From positions 96,001 to 160,000 of the forward strand of contig JBGPQV010000001.1 in the NCBI GenBank assembly GCA_041489255.1: a stretch of DNA of 64,000 bases, given 5' to 3'. Made by a program: the position numbers and the translations under genes. How positions within the stretch are numbered: position 1 is the first letter of the stretch; every line of letters starts with the position of its first letter. Positions 20,256-29,677 of this stretch are shown piece by piece. Source of the stretch: Thermoplasmata archaeon. GTDB lineage: Archaea; Thermoplasmatota; Thermoplasmata; RBG-16-68-12; JAFNFQ01. The notes beneath the pieces are model-generated. The model searched no databases. It was given only the letters and a program-made list of their open reading frames with translations, and was not told the origin of the DNA.

Positions 20256-21638
20256 ATGACGCTGCTCTCTCTAGCCGATGACGCGGTGAAGAAAGCACTC
20301 GCCGCGGGAGCTCAAGCTGCCGAAGCGTTCGCCATGACCTACCGCACGAAGTCCGTCTACATCGAGCAGGATGTGCCCAAGGTGGCCGAGGAACGGACGG
20401 AGGCGGGAATCGGCCTCAAGGTCGCTGTGGGGAAACGTGTTGCATTCACATCGGCGAGCCTTGAAGGTCAAAAGGATGTGCGGGCCGCCACTGCGACAGC
20501 CATGAAAGCCGTCAAGATGGTCCCCGAGGACCCAGACTTCCCCGGCTTCACCTCTTTCAGGGTCATGGGGAAGGTGGAGAAGACCCATGACGCGAAGACG
20601 GCGGAGACTCCTGTCGAGGAACTCGTCGAGATTGCACTCGAACTGACTGCGGCGGGCAAGGTCCGAAAAGATGTCACGGTCCCTAAAGGGATTTTCCGCG
20701 TGCAGGACTATGAGCTCAGGGTGGCGAACTCGGAAGGGGCCGAAGGTTCACACCGCGGCACCCTTGTATTCCTCTATTTCACCGCCAAGAGTGGCACGAG
20801 GACCAGGGCGGGCGAGGGGATAATCAAGAGCTTGGGAGTCTCGCTATCGCAGCAGGACTTCCAAGCGATCGGCAAGAGGCTGGGTGCTCGATCGGTGGAG
20901 AACCTGGAGGCCTCCGCCCTCCGCGAGAAAATCGCGGGAACCGTTGTCATGGACCCGCTCGATCTCGGCGAGATGTTGATCCAGACCGTCGGCTCCGCCG
21001 TCAATGCGGAGGATGTGAGGAGGAAGAGGAGCCCATGGCAGGACAAGAAGGGTCAGAAGGTTGCATCTGAGGGGCTCAACATCGCCGACATGCCCCGCCT
21101 GCCGGCAGGGCTGTGCTCCTGCGCGGTAGACGACGAGGGCAACCCGACCGCAGACAGGCCCCTGGTGGCGGATGGGATCCTGCGCGACTTCGTCCACGAT
21201 CACTACAACGCTGCCATCCTCGGCGGAAAGGGCGGGAACGCGTTCCGCAGGGCTGTCGCCACCGTCGAAGGGGCTTACGCCCGGCCTGCTCAGTGCAGCA
21301 TCAGCAACCTTGTCGTTGAACCGGGGACGCAATCGCTGGACGAGATCATCGGTTCGGTGCAGAAAGGGGTCTATATCGAGAAGCTCGCGGCGCCCGAGGT
21401 CAACCAGTTCAGCGGGGCGTTCGCCCTCGAGGTCAGGAACGCGGCGATCATAGAGAAAGGCGAACTCAAGGACCACGTGAAGTACGCCCTTCTGGTCGGG
21501 AACATGTTCGAGGGCTTGAAGAACGTCGCCGCGACGGGGAGAGAGCTGCGTCCGAGCCACGGCTTCCTGACCGCCACAGGCTGCTGCTACCTGCCGCCAA
21601 TGGCATTTAATGGATTCGAGCTGGTCGGACAGAAGTAG
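20256..21638 (+). CDS. pmbA: PmbA/TldE-family protein
   Basis: Directly follows tldD; VDDEG and GNAFR motifs; lacks HExxxH. Confidence 0.88.
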   Translation: MTLLSLADDAVKKALAAGAQAAEAFAMTYRTKSVYIEQDVPKVAEERTEAGIGLKVAVGKRVAFTSASLEGQKDVRAATATAMKAVKMVPEDPDFPGFTSFRVMGKVEKTHDAKTAETPVEELVEIALELTAAGKVRKDVTVPKGIFRVQDYELRVANSEGAEGSHRGTLVFLYFTAKSGTRTRAGEGIIKSLGVSLSQQDFQAIGKRLGARSVENLEASALREKIAGTVVMDPLDLGEMLIQTVGSAVNAEDVRRKRSPWQDKKGQKVASEGLNIADMPRLPAGLCSCAVDDEGNPTADRPLVADGILRDFVHDHYNAAILGGKGGNAFRRAVATVEGAYARPAQCSISNLVVEPGTQSLDEIIGSVQKGVYIEKLAAPEVNQFSGAFALEVRNAAIIEKGELKDHVKYALLVGNMFEGLKNVAATGRELRPSHGFLTATGCCYLPPMAFNGFELVGQK

Positions 21639-22009
21639 CTGTCACTGAGAATCGGCGAATCCTGGGACACCTGATAGGCTTCATCACATCAAGTGCGATG
21701 TGAAAACACATCTCACCCGAAGATGTCAAAGAAGTAGTGGGCCCCATCCCCCCTCAGGACGGGGCCAGACGCGAAAGCGCCCTCCTCGACGCCCATATCA
21801 GGCAACCTCTCCCCTCTCCCCTTTTTTTGAGCCTGCCTGTTCCCTATTATGGATGGGCTAGCTACGTATATAACAGGTATCTGGTGTTCACCACGCGATT
21901 TACCACTTACCAATCCGGTTGCCAATCCTCCCTTACGCGCCTCCCTTCCAGAGTGTTATCAAAAGGGGAATCATTGCTCGATACATATATATCACGGTAT
22001 CCTTATGAA

Positions 22010-22696
22010 ATGGCGAGTGTGGCGATGAGGGTTTCCCCTCCCCTCCCCCCAGCAGTTGCAGCGCTCCATGAAGCACCGCCAAAGACGTCCATTCATGGAA
22101 ACGTCAAGGCGAAGCGAGTTCCAGCGAAGCGAGTTCCAGACGGAGTGGCGGCGCTGGTCATCCAGTTCATTTTCGGAAGAAAGAAGAAGAGCTCGCCCCC
22201 CAGCGACCATGTCATCCCGACAGTGCCGTGGATCAAGATGGAGCCCGGCAGCACCTACCTCCTGCCCACTGACAAGCCGGACATGGCGTTCAAGATTTTC
22301 ACCAAGGAGGTCAGCAATGGCGCCTCCGGCATGATCATCACGCGCCTGCATCCCGGGGAAGTCAAAGCGAGATTCAGCGTCGGTTCCAGCCCGATCCACT
22401 GGCTCAGCCGGGCCTTCACGAAGGAGAGCATGAGCCCGACGAACTTGGGGGCGGTGGCAGAGCAGATAGAGGGCTTCGTATCCAAGAACAACAACCCACT
22501 GGTCCTGCTCGACGGCATCGAATACCTGATCGTCCAGAACGACCTGCAGAAGGTCGTGAGGTTCATCTCCTCCGTCCGCGACAGCGTCGCCGTGCACAGC
22601 GCGCGGATGGTCATACCGTTCAACATGCAGAGCGTGGACGAGAGCGGGCGGGTCCTCATAAGCCGCGACCTTCACGTGATCAAGTGGAATGATTAA
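22010..22696 (+). CDS. DUF835 (inactive KaiC-like ATPase) domain protein
   Basis: GMIITRLHP, WLSR, PTNL and VLLDGIEYLIVQN. Confidence 0.85.
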   Translation: MASVAMRVSPPLPPAVAALHEAPPKTSIHGNVKAKRVPAKRVPDGVAALVIQFIFGRKKKSSPPSDHVIPTVPWIKMEPGSTYLLPTDKPDMAFKIFTKEVSNGASGMIITRLHPGEVKARFSVGSSPIHWLSRAFTKESMSPTNLGAVAEQIEGFVSKNNNPLVLLDGIEYLIVQNDLQKVVRFISSVRDSVAVHSARMVIPFNMQSVDESGRVLISRDLHVIKWND

Positions 22697-23443
22697 ATGA
22701 ACGCAGATGATTCGCCCTCCCCGCCAATGAGGTTCTACAGGACCTACGTGCAGGGATTCGACGAGGCTTTGGGCGGCGGCATCCCCAAGGGGCACGTCAT
22801 ACTCGTCTCGGGGCCGCCGGGCACGATGAAGTCCTCGCTCGCCTACAGCATCCTCTACCAGAACGCGATCAGGGAGGACGTCAAGGGCGCCTACCTCACC
22901 CTCGAGCAGGGCAAGTCCAGCCTCGAGTTTCAGCTGAGCCGAATGGGGATGGACATGGAGAGGGTCGAGGACCGGGTTCAGATACAAGACCTCTCCCGCA
23001 TAAGGCTGGGCATGGAGGAGCTGCGCGGCAAGGCCCGATTCGGGACTCCGGCTGAGAGGCCGTGGCTCGACGTGCTGAAGAGACACATCGAGGATGTGAA
23101 GGAAGGTCACCCTTTCGAGCTGCTGGCCCTTGATTCGCTCCCTGTGCTCGAAATCATCTCGGGCTTAAGGGAGAGACGCATCAACCTGTTCCAGTTCTTC
23201 GGCTGGCTGAAGGGATTGGGGTGCACGAGCTTCGTCATTTCCGAGGTCTCGCCGGATCCGAACACCGTGCACGACGAGGATTTCCTCGCGGACGGTCTGC
23301 TCTACCTGACGATGGAGAAGGTCGGAGGGCTCGACGTCTACCGCCGCATGAGGTGCGTGAAGATGCGCGGGGTGAACCACAGTACGGGCATCTACACGCT
23401 CGAGTTCAAGGAAGGCGGCTTCAAGGTCAGCCAGGTCATCTGA
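22697..23443 (+). CDS. KaiC/RAD55-family ATPase
   Basis: GGGIPKGHVILVSGPPGTMKSS, LALDSL, FLADG and KMRG. Confidence 0.92.
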   Translation: MNADDSPSPPMRFYRTYVQGFDEALGGGIPKGHVILVSGPPGTMKSSLAYSILYQNAIREDVKGAYLTLEQGKSSLEFQLSRMGMDMERVEDRVQIQDLSRIRLGMEELRGKARFGTPAERPWLDVLKRHIEDVKEGHPFELLALDSLPVLEIISGLRERRINLFQFFGWLKGLGCTSFVISEVSPDPNTVHDEDFLADGLLYLTMEKVGGLDVYRRMRCVKMRGVNHSTGIYTLEFKEGGFKVSQVI

Positions 23444-24650
23444 CGTCAGACTCGTGGACTGCCTTCAGGTACCGCATGAGTGCGCGTTCCTCCGCCGTGA
23501 GTCCCTCTCCACTGATTTCCTCGTCCGCATATTCCGACAGCAACTTGATCTCCAGCGGGTTTCCTCTTGCGAGCCTGTATGCCTTGCTGAACTCCTGCTC
23601 GTCCAGTTGAGGCGCGATCCTGCGGCACGAGTCCCTGTCGAGACCGCGTAGCTGCAGCTCCTCGAGGAGCTGTTGACCCTTCATGCCCCGGCCCCAGTGC
23701 GGCATCGTCCTGGCGGTGACCAATATCTGGTTTCCCGTGGCTGCCGCCGCCTCGATCAGGGCATGGGCCACATCCCCGACGTCCTCCAGTTCGCCGAGCA
23801 GGTCATCGATCGCGAACAGGGCCCCGAGGTCGATCAGGGATGCTTCGAGCTTCTTCCCCAGTTCCTCGATCCCGTCATGCTCTTCGATTGTGAACTCGAC
23901 CTTCCCCAGTTCGCGCAGGAAATCGGACAGGGCTCCGGCAAGCCTGTCCGCCGTCGTGGCAGGCTTGATGGAGAACCAGAAAACCGGCCTCCTGCCCTCG
24001 AGGGAGGCGACCGCTTGAAGCGCCAGGACCGTCTTCCCGATCCCTCTGGTCCCGGTGATGACCATGACCGGCGGTTTCTTCAGCTGCAGCCACGAGCGGA
24101 CCTTCTTGAGTTCGTCGGCCCTGCCGTGGAACGGGGCCTCGGCGGGCGCTCCAATGATGTGGCTTACAGCCTCGACCTCCTTCTTCTTCGCCTTGGCTTT
24201 GAAGACGTCGAGGACGTTGCGTTCGTCCAGCGCCGCCAGCATCGCCGTGTATGTCCTTGGCGGCAGGAGAAGCTTCCTTGCCTCGCCTGCGGGTAGCTCC
24301 CGCAACCTCTGGCGGGAATCGCGAACCGAAACGAGAGTCTCGCCGATCCTGCCGTAGATGTTGTTCGCAACCGCCATCCCCTCCGCGGTGATGAGGTAGA
24401 TCTTCTTGCGCCTGATTTCCCCCTTCACCCTCGCGGTGGCTTCCCTGATGAAGCCCTGCTTCTGAAGCGTCTTCGCCGCCCTGGAGACGTGGTTGACGAG
24501 GATGCCGAGGGCGTTCGCGATTCCGTCCTGCGTCATCGGCGCGGGGATGTCGATCGTGTGGCTGGCGGAACCGCTCTCCTTGAGGTGTAGGAGTATCCTC
24601 TCGTTCACCGTGAAGAGGCGCTTGTCAAGGCGAGATTCATCCCTGGCCAT
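23436..24650 (-). CDS. winged-helix + NB-ARC-like (STAND) NTPase protein without sensor repeats
   Basis: N-terminal wHTH (TQDGIANALG), FHGRADEL, GTRGIGKT, AIDDL, LVTAR and GNPL. Confidence 0.8.
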   Translation of the reverse strand: MARDESRLDKRLFTVNERILLHLKESGSASHTIDIPAPMTQDGIANALGILVNHVSRAAKTLQKQGFIREATARVKGEIRRKKIYLITAEGMAVANNIYGRIGETLVSVRDSRQRLRELPAGEARKLLLPPRTYTAMLAALDERNVLDVFKAKAKKKEVEAVSHIIGAPAEAPFHGRADELKKVRSWLQLKKPPVMVITGTRGIGKTVLALQAVASLEGRRPVFWFSIKPATTADRLAGALSDFLRELGKVEFTIEEHDGIEELGKKLEASLIDLGALFAIDDLLGELEDVGDVAHALIEAAAATGNQILVTARTMPHWGRGMKGQQLLEELQLRGLDRDSCRRIAPQLDEQEFSKAYRLARGNPLEIKLLSEYADEEISGEGLTAEERALMRYLKAVHESDVR

Positions 24651-24724
24651 CTTGCTCAGGCTGTCGATGCGGCGTGCCGAATAAAAAGCTATCGCGCTAA
24701 CTGCGCGTGCCGCGAATCTCTGGC

Positions 24725-27700
24725 TCAACCACCTATCGTAATCGTCAGCATCATTGTCGCAGAACCGCCATCGTCGTCCGTGACTGTCAGCATGATCGTG
24801 TACGTGCCGGCCACCCCGTAGACAAGGACCTGTTCATCCATCGCGGTCATCGGGTTGACATCGGGGCTGGGGTACGGATCCGGTCCGGCTCCATTGTTGT
24901 AGTAGATTGACGTGAGTATCCTTCCGTCCCCGGAATCCCAGGTGAAGGTGAGGTCGTCGCTGCCCGGGTCTGTGGCGGTTCCCCTGAAGTGTATCCTCTG
25001 GTTGACTGCGTAGATGTAGAGATGGTCGACGGTCCAGATCCACGTGTCAGGATGCTGGACGTTGAAGGTGTGGTGCAGCGACGTCTCCATTCCACTCTCC
25101 CAAGTGATGACGAGCCATGCTGGATTGGCTCCGTTTGGCTGGCCGTTGATCGGGTCGTCGTCCGGCGTGTAGTAGGCGACCGCGGAGAACTGCCTGCTGA
25201 GCGATATCTCCACGTCGTGCAGCGTCGCCATCTGTTCGTTCGGGCTGCCAGGATACCTGATGACCTGCACCCAGCCGACCTCCTGCCCGTCCTCGTAAAG
25301 CTTGAGGATGACGTCGTGCCACTTCTCTCCCGCGATCCTCAGGGTGATGTCCGCGAGCATGTAGGCCTCGGCATCCACTATCGTCGGCGGGACGTTGAGC
25401 ACGGTGACCGCCGTCCAGTAGATTGGACCGCCGCCGGTCGTGTCGTCGTCATTGACCGATATCGTGATCGTGAAAACACCGTTATCTCCGTAGGTGTGCG
25501 AGACCGTATCGTTGACGCTGAATGGGAATATGCCGTCGGGGCTCTTCGCCGGGTCGGGTCCGACTCCGTCGTTGTAGTAGATGTGCTGGATCGTCGGTCC
25601 GTACTCGAACGTCCAGGTGAAGGTAAGGTCGTCGCTGCCAGGGTCGTTTGCGTTGGCGGTGATTTCCAGCGGCTGGCCCTCATACACCTCGAAGGGACCG
25701 ACGCGTGAGATCGTCGGCAACACGTTGGTCACGTTGATCTCCGTCTGCCAGGACGCCGAGCCCCCATCGTCGTCCGTGACGGTGAGCGCGATCGTGTAGA
25801 CCGCGTTGTCGCCATAGGTGTGGCTCGCAGCATCCGCGGCTGTGAACGGGAAGATTCCAGATGGGCTTTGCGACGGGTCTGGTCCGACGCCGTCGTTGTA
25901 GTAGATGTGCTGGATCGCCGGGCCGAGCTCGAACACCCAGTCGAACGTGAGGTCGTCGCTTCCGGGGTCGGTCGCATTCGCCGCGACCTGGAGCAGGCTG
26001 CCCTCTTCCACGGCGAACGGACCGAACGGCGAGATCTCTGGCGGGAGGTTGGCGACCACGACCTGGCCCTGCCATGATGTCGAACCGCCGTCATCGTCCT
26101 TCACCGTCAACGTGGCGGTGTAGATACCGTTGTCTCCATACGGATGCGTGCCCGTGTCAGTGGCGGTGAATGGATGTGTGCCGCCCGGGCTGTTCGGCGG
26201 GTCCGGGCCCACTCCATTGTTGTAGTAGGTGTTGGAGTCTGACGACCCGTCACCCCACGTCCACGCGAACGTGAGGTCGTCGCTGCCCGGGTCTGTTGCG
26301 GTGGCGGTGAGGAGGACCGATTGGCCTTCGTCAATGTTGGTTCCGCCAGTGACCGACACCGTCGGCGGAAGATTGCCGGGCGTGGCGGTCACCCGCAACG
26401 TCGTCCCTTGGGCACCGCTGTCGTCGTCGGTGACGAACACGGTCACGGTGAACGCGCCATTGTCGCCGTACGTGTGGCTCTTGGCGTCTGTGACGTCTCT
26501 CGGATGGATGTCGGGGCTCGGGAACGGGTCTGGGCTCGCACCGTTGTTGTAGTAGGTGGAGAATTCATCAGGAGCCCCGTAGCCCCAGGTCCACTTGAAG
26601 AGGATGTCGTCGCTGCCTGGGTCCGTGACATGGGCCGAGAACGTGATCGGGGAACCTTCATCCTGTTGCGGAGTAGAAATGCTCACGGAACCGGAGGGAA
26701 GGACGTTGAAGACTGTGACGTTGGCGGTATCTGTGTCGTTGAGGTCGCCATCGCTGACCTGCAGCGCGGCGACACCAGAGTAGTCATCACCCCATGTGTA
26801 GGTCGCCATCGGACTCTGCGACCACTGCGTGTCCCAAGTGCCATCGTTCTGGAAGTCCCACCGGTACGTCAGGTTCGCCGGGCCGTTGTCGGGGTCGTAA
26901 GAGCCGCTCCCGTCGAATTTCACGGGCGTATCCTCGGCGACGGCGTACGGTCCGCCTGCTTCCGCCAACGGTGCGCGGTTGACGTGATAGATTTCGAGCA
27001 GGGGCTTCGCGCTGTGCGCGTCGTTGATGCCGTTATGGTTCGTGTCGACCGTAGCCCGCGGCAGCATCTCCCTTCCGGGCTTGAGCACGGGCAGAATCAA
27101 CCGGTACTTGAGCAGGACATGGTGATACGGGGACGGCTTGTTGATCGGCTTGTTGCCGACGTCTGCACCTGATATGGTCACTTTCCATGTTATCGTCGTG
27201 GTGCCATCGGTATTATTGACAATTGAATCCGGCTGGGGGGTGAAGCTGTTCGGATTATAGGAATAGCCTTTTGGGACTGTTTCCTTGACCAGAGAATTCG
27301 TGGCTTTCACGAGGCTGCCGTCGCTGTAGCTGCTGTTGTAGACGCCCAGGTTTGTGACCGCGATCGTGATGTCCACCGTGTTCCCTGAGGTGTCCGGGAT
27401 ATTCTTGTACAACGGGGTCTTCCCAACGACCAGGGTCGGGTGCGTGTCCATATAATTCCACACGTCCGTCTGGGTGTTCTGGTCGTATCCTTGATTCCTC
27501 TGTGTCCAATTGTTGACCATGTCGGCCATGGCGAAAGGCAGGATTTCCCCGCCAAGGTGGATAAAGGGACCTGCCTGCACGACCTGGTTCGCTTCTGTGC
27601 ACCACCATTTCGGATCCGGCGCCATTCCGAAGATGACGGACAAGGCGTAGTTGTACGTGACCTGACCCCCCGTCGGAATGTTCCACTCCGAGAGGACTCC

Positions 27701-28021
27701 GTCTTGGGTCGTGGTGCCTCCTCCTGATTCCAGCGGATGGGGATTCAGCAACATGACTTTCTCATCCACAACTATCGGCACGGTTGCGTAGTTGGTGACT
27801 CGGTAACCGCTCGGATCGAACATCGCGATTTCTACCTGCTGAATCGTTGCGAGATTCTTCGCATAGGCTTCCCAAAGGCTCATGGGACCAGCTGAAAGCG
27901 ACGCAACCTGAGACCCCTCAGAAAGCGCCGGAGTCGAATTCAGCCCGCCAACGGCCAGAATCGAGATAAACGCACTCAGAACTAGAGCAATCGCACTGCC
28001 AATTGATAGCGCCTTAGACAC
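24725..28021 (-). CDS. secreted PKD-repeat surface protein
   Basis: Signal peptide, then repeated ATDPGSDDLTFxW...YNxGxGPDP...HTYGDNG...VTDDDGG units. Confidence 0.88.
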   Translation of the reverse strand: MSKALSIGSAIALVLSAFISILAVGGLNSTPALSEGSQVASLSAGPMSLWEAYAKNLATIQQVEIAMFDPSGYRVTNYATVPIVVDEKVMLLNPHPLESGGGTTTQDGVLSEWNIPTGGQVTYNYALSVIFGMAPDPKWWCTEANQVVQAGPFIHLGGEILPFAMADMVNNWTQRNQGYDQNTQTDVWNYMDTHPTLVVGKTPLYKNIPDTSGNTVDITIAVTNLGVYNSSYSDGSLVKATNSLVKETVPKGYSYNPNSFTPQPDSIVNNTDGTTTITWKVTISGADVGNKPINKPSPYHHVLLKYRLILPVLKPGREMLPRATVDTNHNGINDAHSAKPLLEIYHVNRAPLAEAGGPYAVAEDTPVKFDGSGSYDPDNGPANLTYRWDFQNDGTWDTQWSQSPMATYTWGDDYSGVAALQVSDGDLNDTDTANVTVFNVLPSGSVSISTPQQDEGSPITFSAHVTDPGSDDILFKWTWGYGAPDEFSTYYNNGASPDPFPSPDIHPRDVTDAKSHTYGDNGAFTVTVFVTDDDSGAQGTTLRVTATPGNLPPTVSVTGGTNIDEGQSVLLTATATDPGSDDLTFAWTWGDGSSDSNTYYNNGVGPDPPNSPGGTHPFTATDTGTHPYGDNGIYTATLTVKDDDGGSTSWQGQVVVANLPPEISPFGPFAVEEGSLLQVAANATDPGSDDLTFDWVFELGPAIQHIYYNDGVGPDPSQSPSGIFPFTAADAASHTYGDNAVYTIALTVTDDDGGSASWQTEINVTNVLPTISRVGPFEVYEGQPLEITANANDPGSDDLTFTWTFEYGPTIQHIYYNDGVGPDPAKSPDGIFPFSVNDTVSHTYGDNGVFTITISVNDDDTTGGGPIYWTAVTVLNVPPTIVDAEAYMLADITLRIAGEKWHDVILKLYEDGQEVGWVQVIRYPGSPNEQMATLHDVEISLSRQFSAVAYYTPDDDPINGQPNGANPAWLVITWESGMETSLHHTFNVQHPDTWIWTVDHLYIYAVNQRIHFRGTATDPGSDDLTFTWDSGDGRILTSIYYNNGAGPDPYPSPDVNPMTAMDEQVLVYGVAGTYTIMLTVTDDDGGSATMMLTITIGG

Positions 28022-28090
28022 ACTATCCCCTCTTCTAATGCTTATGGAGCTGGCGCAGTATAAATTTTGTGCATGGAATCACGATTGATA

Positions 28091-28483
28091 CTACAGGCCG
28101 AGGAAAAGTCGGTATCCTGAGAGGCGAAGAGCCCCATCGACCAGTATGAGCGCTCCTACCGCAACCATCGAGACCACGGCCGAGATTGCCAGTCGCTCGC
28201 GTCCTCGCGATGATCGTCCGCCGATGAGGATATCCACCGCAAAGACTGCAAGAAATAGCAAAGGTGGGGCGAATAGGTCTGGCGTGAATAGCCGGAGAAG
28301 AATCAGCATGACCAGTGATGTGAGAGCGAGGCAAAATCCTCTCATCAGTGCGACCCACCATGGTTTCACTCCGAGCAGGTGCAAGGTCGCGGATTCAATG
28401 AGCCAGGTGAGCGCTATGGCCCCGAGAGCGCCTGCTGCCAACCTGGCGGTATCCGGCTCAATCATGCGGGACCACCAAGCCAT
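28091..28483 (-). CDS. four-TM membrane protein
   Basis: Four hydrophobic segments; fills the gap upstream of the PKD gene. Confidence 0.65.
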   Translation of the reverse strand: MAWWSRMIEPDTARLAAGALGAIALTWLIESATLHLLGVKPWWVALMRGFCLALTSLVMLILLRLFTPDLFAPPLLFLAVFAVDILIGGRSSRGRERLAISAVVSMVAVGALILVDGALRLSGYRLFLGL

Positions 28484-28503
28484 AATCGGCCCTTAACTTT
28501 TCC

Positions 28504-28628
28504 GACGTTGTCAAAAACCTAGGGATATTCGGGCTGAGACCTAATCTCAGCGAATGATCGTTCTCCATATGTGTAGGGCGGTCGATACGATTCCTGGCAG
28601 TTCTCATCCCTGGAGATTTGACAACGCC
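28504..28628. mobile_element. 125-bp MITE, copy A (IS256-like ends)
   Basis: Ends GACGTTGTCAAA..CTAGGGAT / ATCCCTGG..TTTGACAACGCC; 9-bp direct repeat AACTTTTCC at 28495-28503 and 28629-28637. Confidence 0.88.
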
Positions 28629-28672
28629 AACTTTTCCGCAGAGTTCAAGTCGCCATCAGCGATGCACGAGGC

Positions 28673-29677
28673 GTGCTCGTCTTCCACCACGATTATCTCA
28701 AGCACCTCCAGTCCCCGTGGCATGTCGAGTCCCCCGGTCGCCTCAAAGCGATCCTGATGAGCTTGAAAGCCCGCGGCTACCTGGATGATGCTCTCGAGCC
28801 AAAGGCGGTCGGGATGGAGGATCTCAAGAGGGTCCACACGCCTGAGTTACTGGAGCATCTCAAGGAATACGGGGAGGGGCCGCTGGACCCGGACACGACG
28901 ATGCACCCCGAAACCTGGGACATCGCCCGCCTGGCCGTTGGCGGGACCGTACTGGCTGCCGAAATGGCAGTCAAGGAGAAGCGGGGCTACATCGCCCTCG
29001 TGAGACCGCCTGGCCATCATGCGGGCCCGGACTATCCTGGCGGATTCTGCTACCTGAACAACATAGCCGTCGCGGCGCACAGGCTGCTCGACAAGCTCGA
29101 CCGCGTCGCGATTCTGGACTTCGACGTCCACCACGGCAACGGCACCAACGACATCTTCTATCGCAGTCCGCGAGTCCTCTACATTTCGACGCACCAGTAC
29201 CGTATCTTCCCTGGCACGGGACCAGCCGAGGCGATAGGCGAAGGCGACGGAGTTGGCTTCACCGTGAACATCCCTTTCGCCTCCGGATGCGGGGACTCGT
29301 CATTCCGGATGGCAACGAGGGAGGTCATAGAGCCGATAGTCAAGCAGTTCGCCCCCCAGGCGATTCTGGTCAGCCTCGGGACGGACGCTCACTACATGGA
29401 TCCACTGGCCTCGCTGACTCTTTCGTCACCCGGCTATTTCGAGATGATGGCGTCAGCCCTGAAGCTCGCCAAGGAGACTTGCGAAGGACGCCTCGCGATC
29501 ACTCTGGAGGGCGGGTACAATCTCGAGGCGCTCGCGGAGGTCGTGACAGGGACGGAGGCTCTTCTGCGAGGCGACTCGCCGAACGTGGTCTTCACCGAAG
29601 TCCGCGACCCTGATTGCGCAGGCCGAAGAATAGTGCAGCTCGTGGAAGATATCCAGAGACGCCACTGGAAGCTATGA
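28673..29677 (+). CDS. histone deacetylase-family (AcuC/HdaI) amidohydrolase
   Basis: HVESPGRL, RPPGHHA, GFCYLNN, DFDVHHGNGT and LEGGY. Confidence 0.95.
   Translation: MLVFHHDYLKHLQSPWHVESPGRLKAILMSLKARGYLDDALEPKAVGMEDLKRVHTPELLEHLKEYGEGPLDPDTTMHPETWDIARLAVGGTVLAAEMAVKEKRGYIALVRPPGHHAGPDYPGGFCYLNNIAVAAHRLLDKLDRVAILDFDVHHGNGTNDIFYRSPRVLYISTHQYRIFPGTGPAEAIGEGDGVGFTVNIPFASGCGDSSFRMATREVIEPIVKQFAPQAILVSLGTDAHYMDPLASLTLSSPGYFEMMASALKLAKETCEGRLAITLEGGYNLEALAEVVTGTEALLRGDSPNVVFTEVRDPDCAGRRIVQLVEDIQRRHWKL

Noticed and set aside
28504-28628. 125-bp element as a conserved ncRNA or replication origin
   Set aside because: Internal hairpins differ between the two copies, there is no ORB consensus, and copy-specific 9-bp TSDs indicate transposition.
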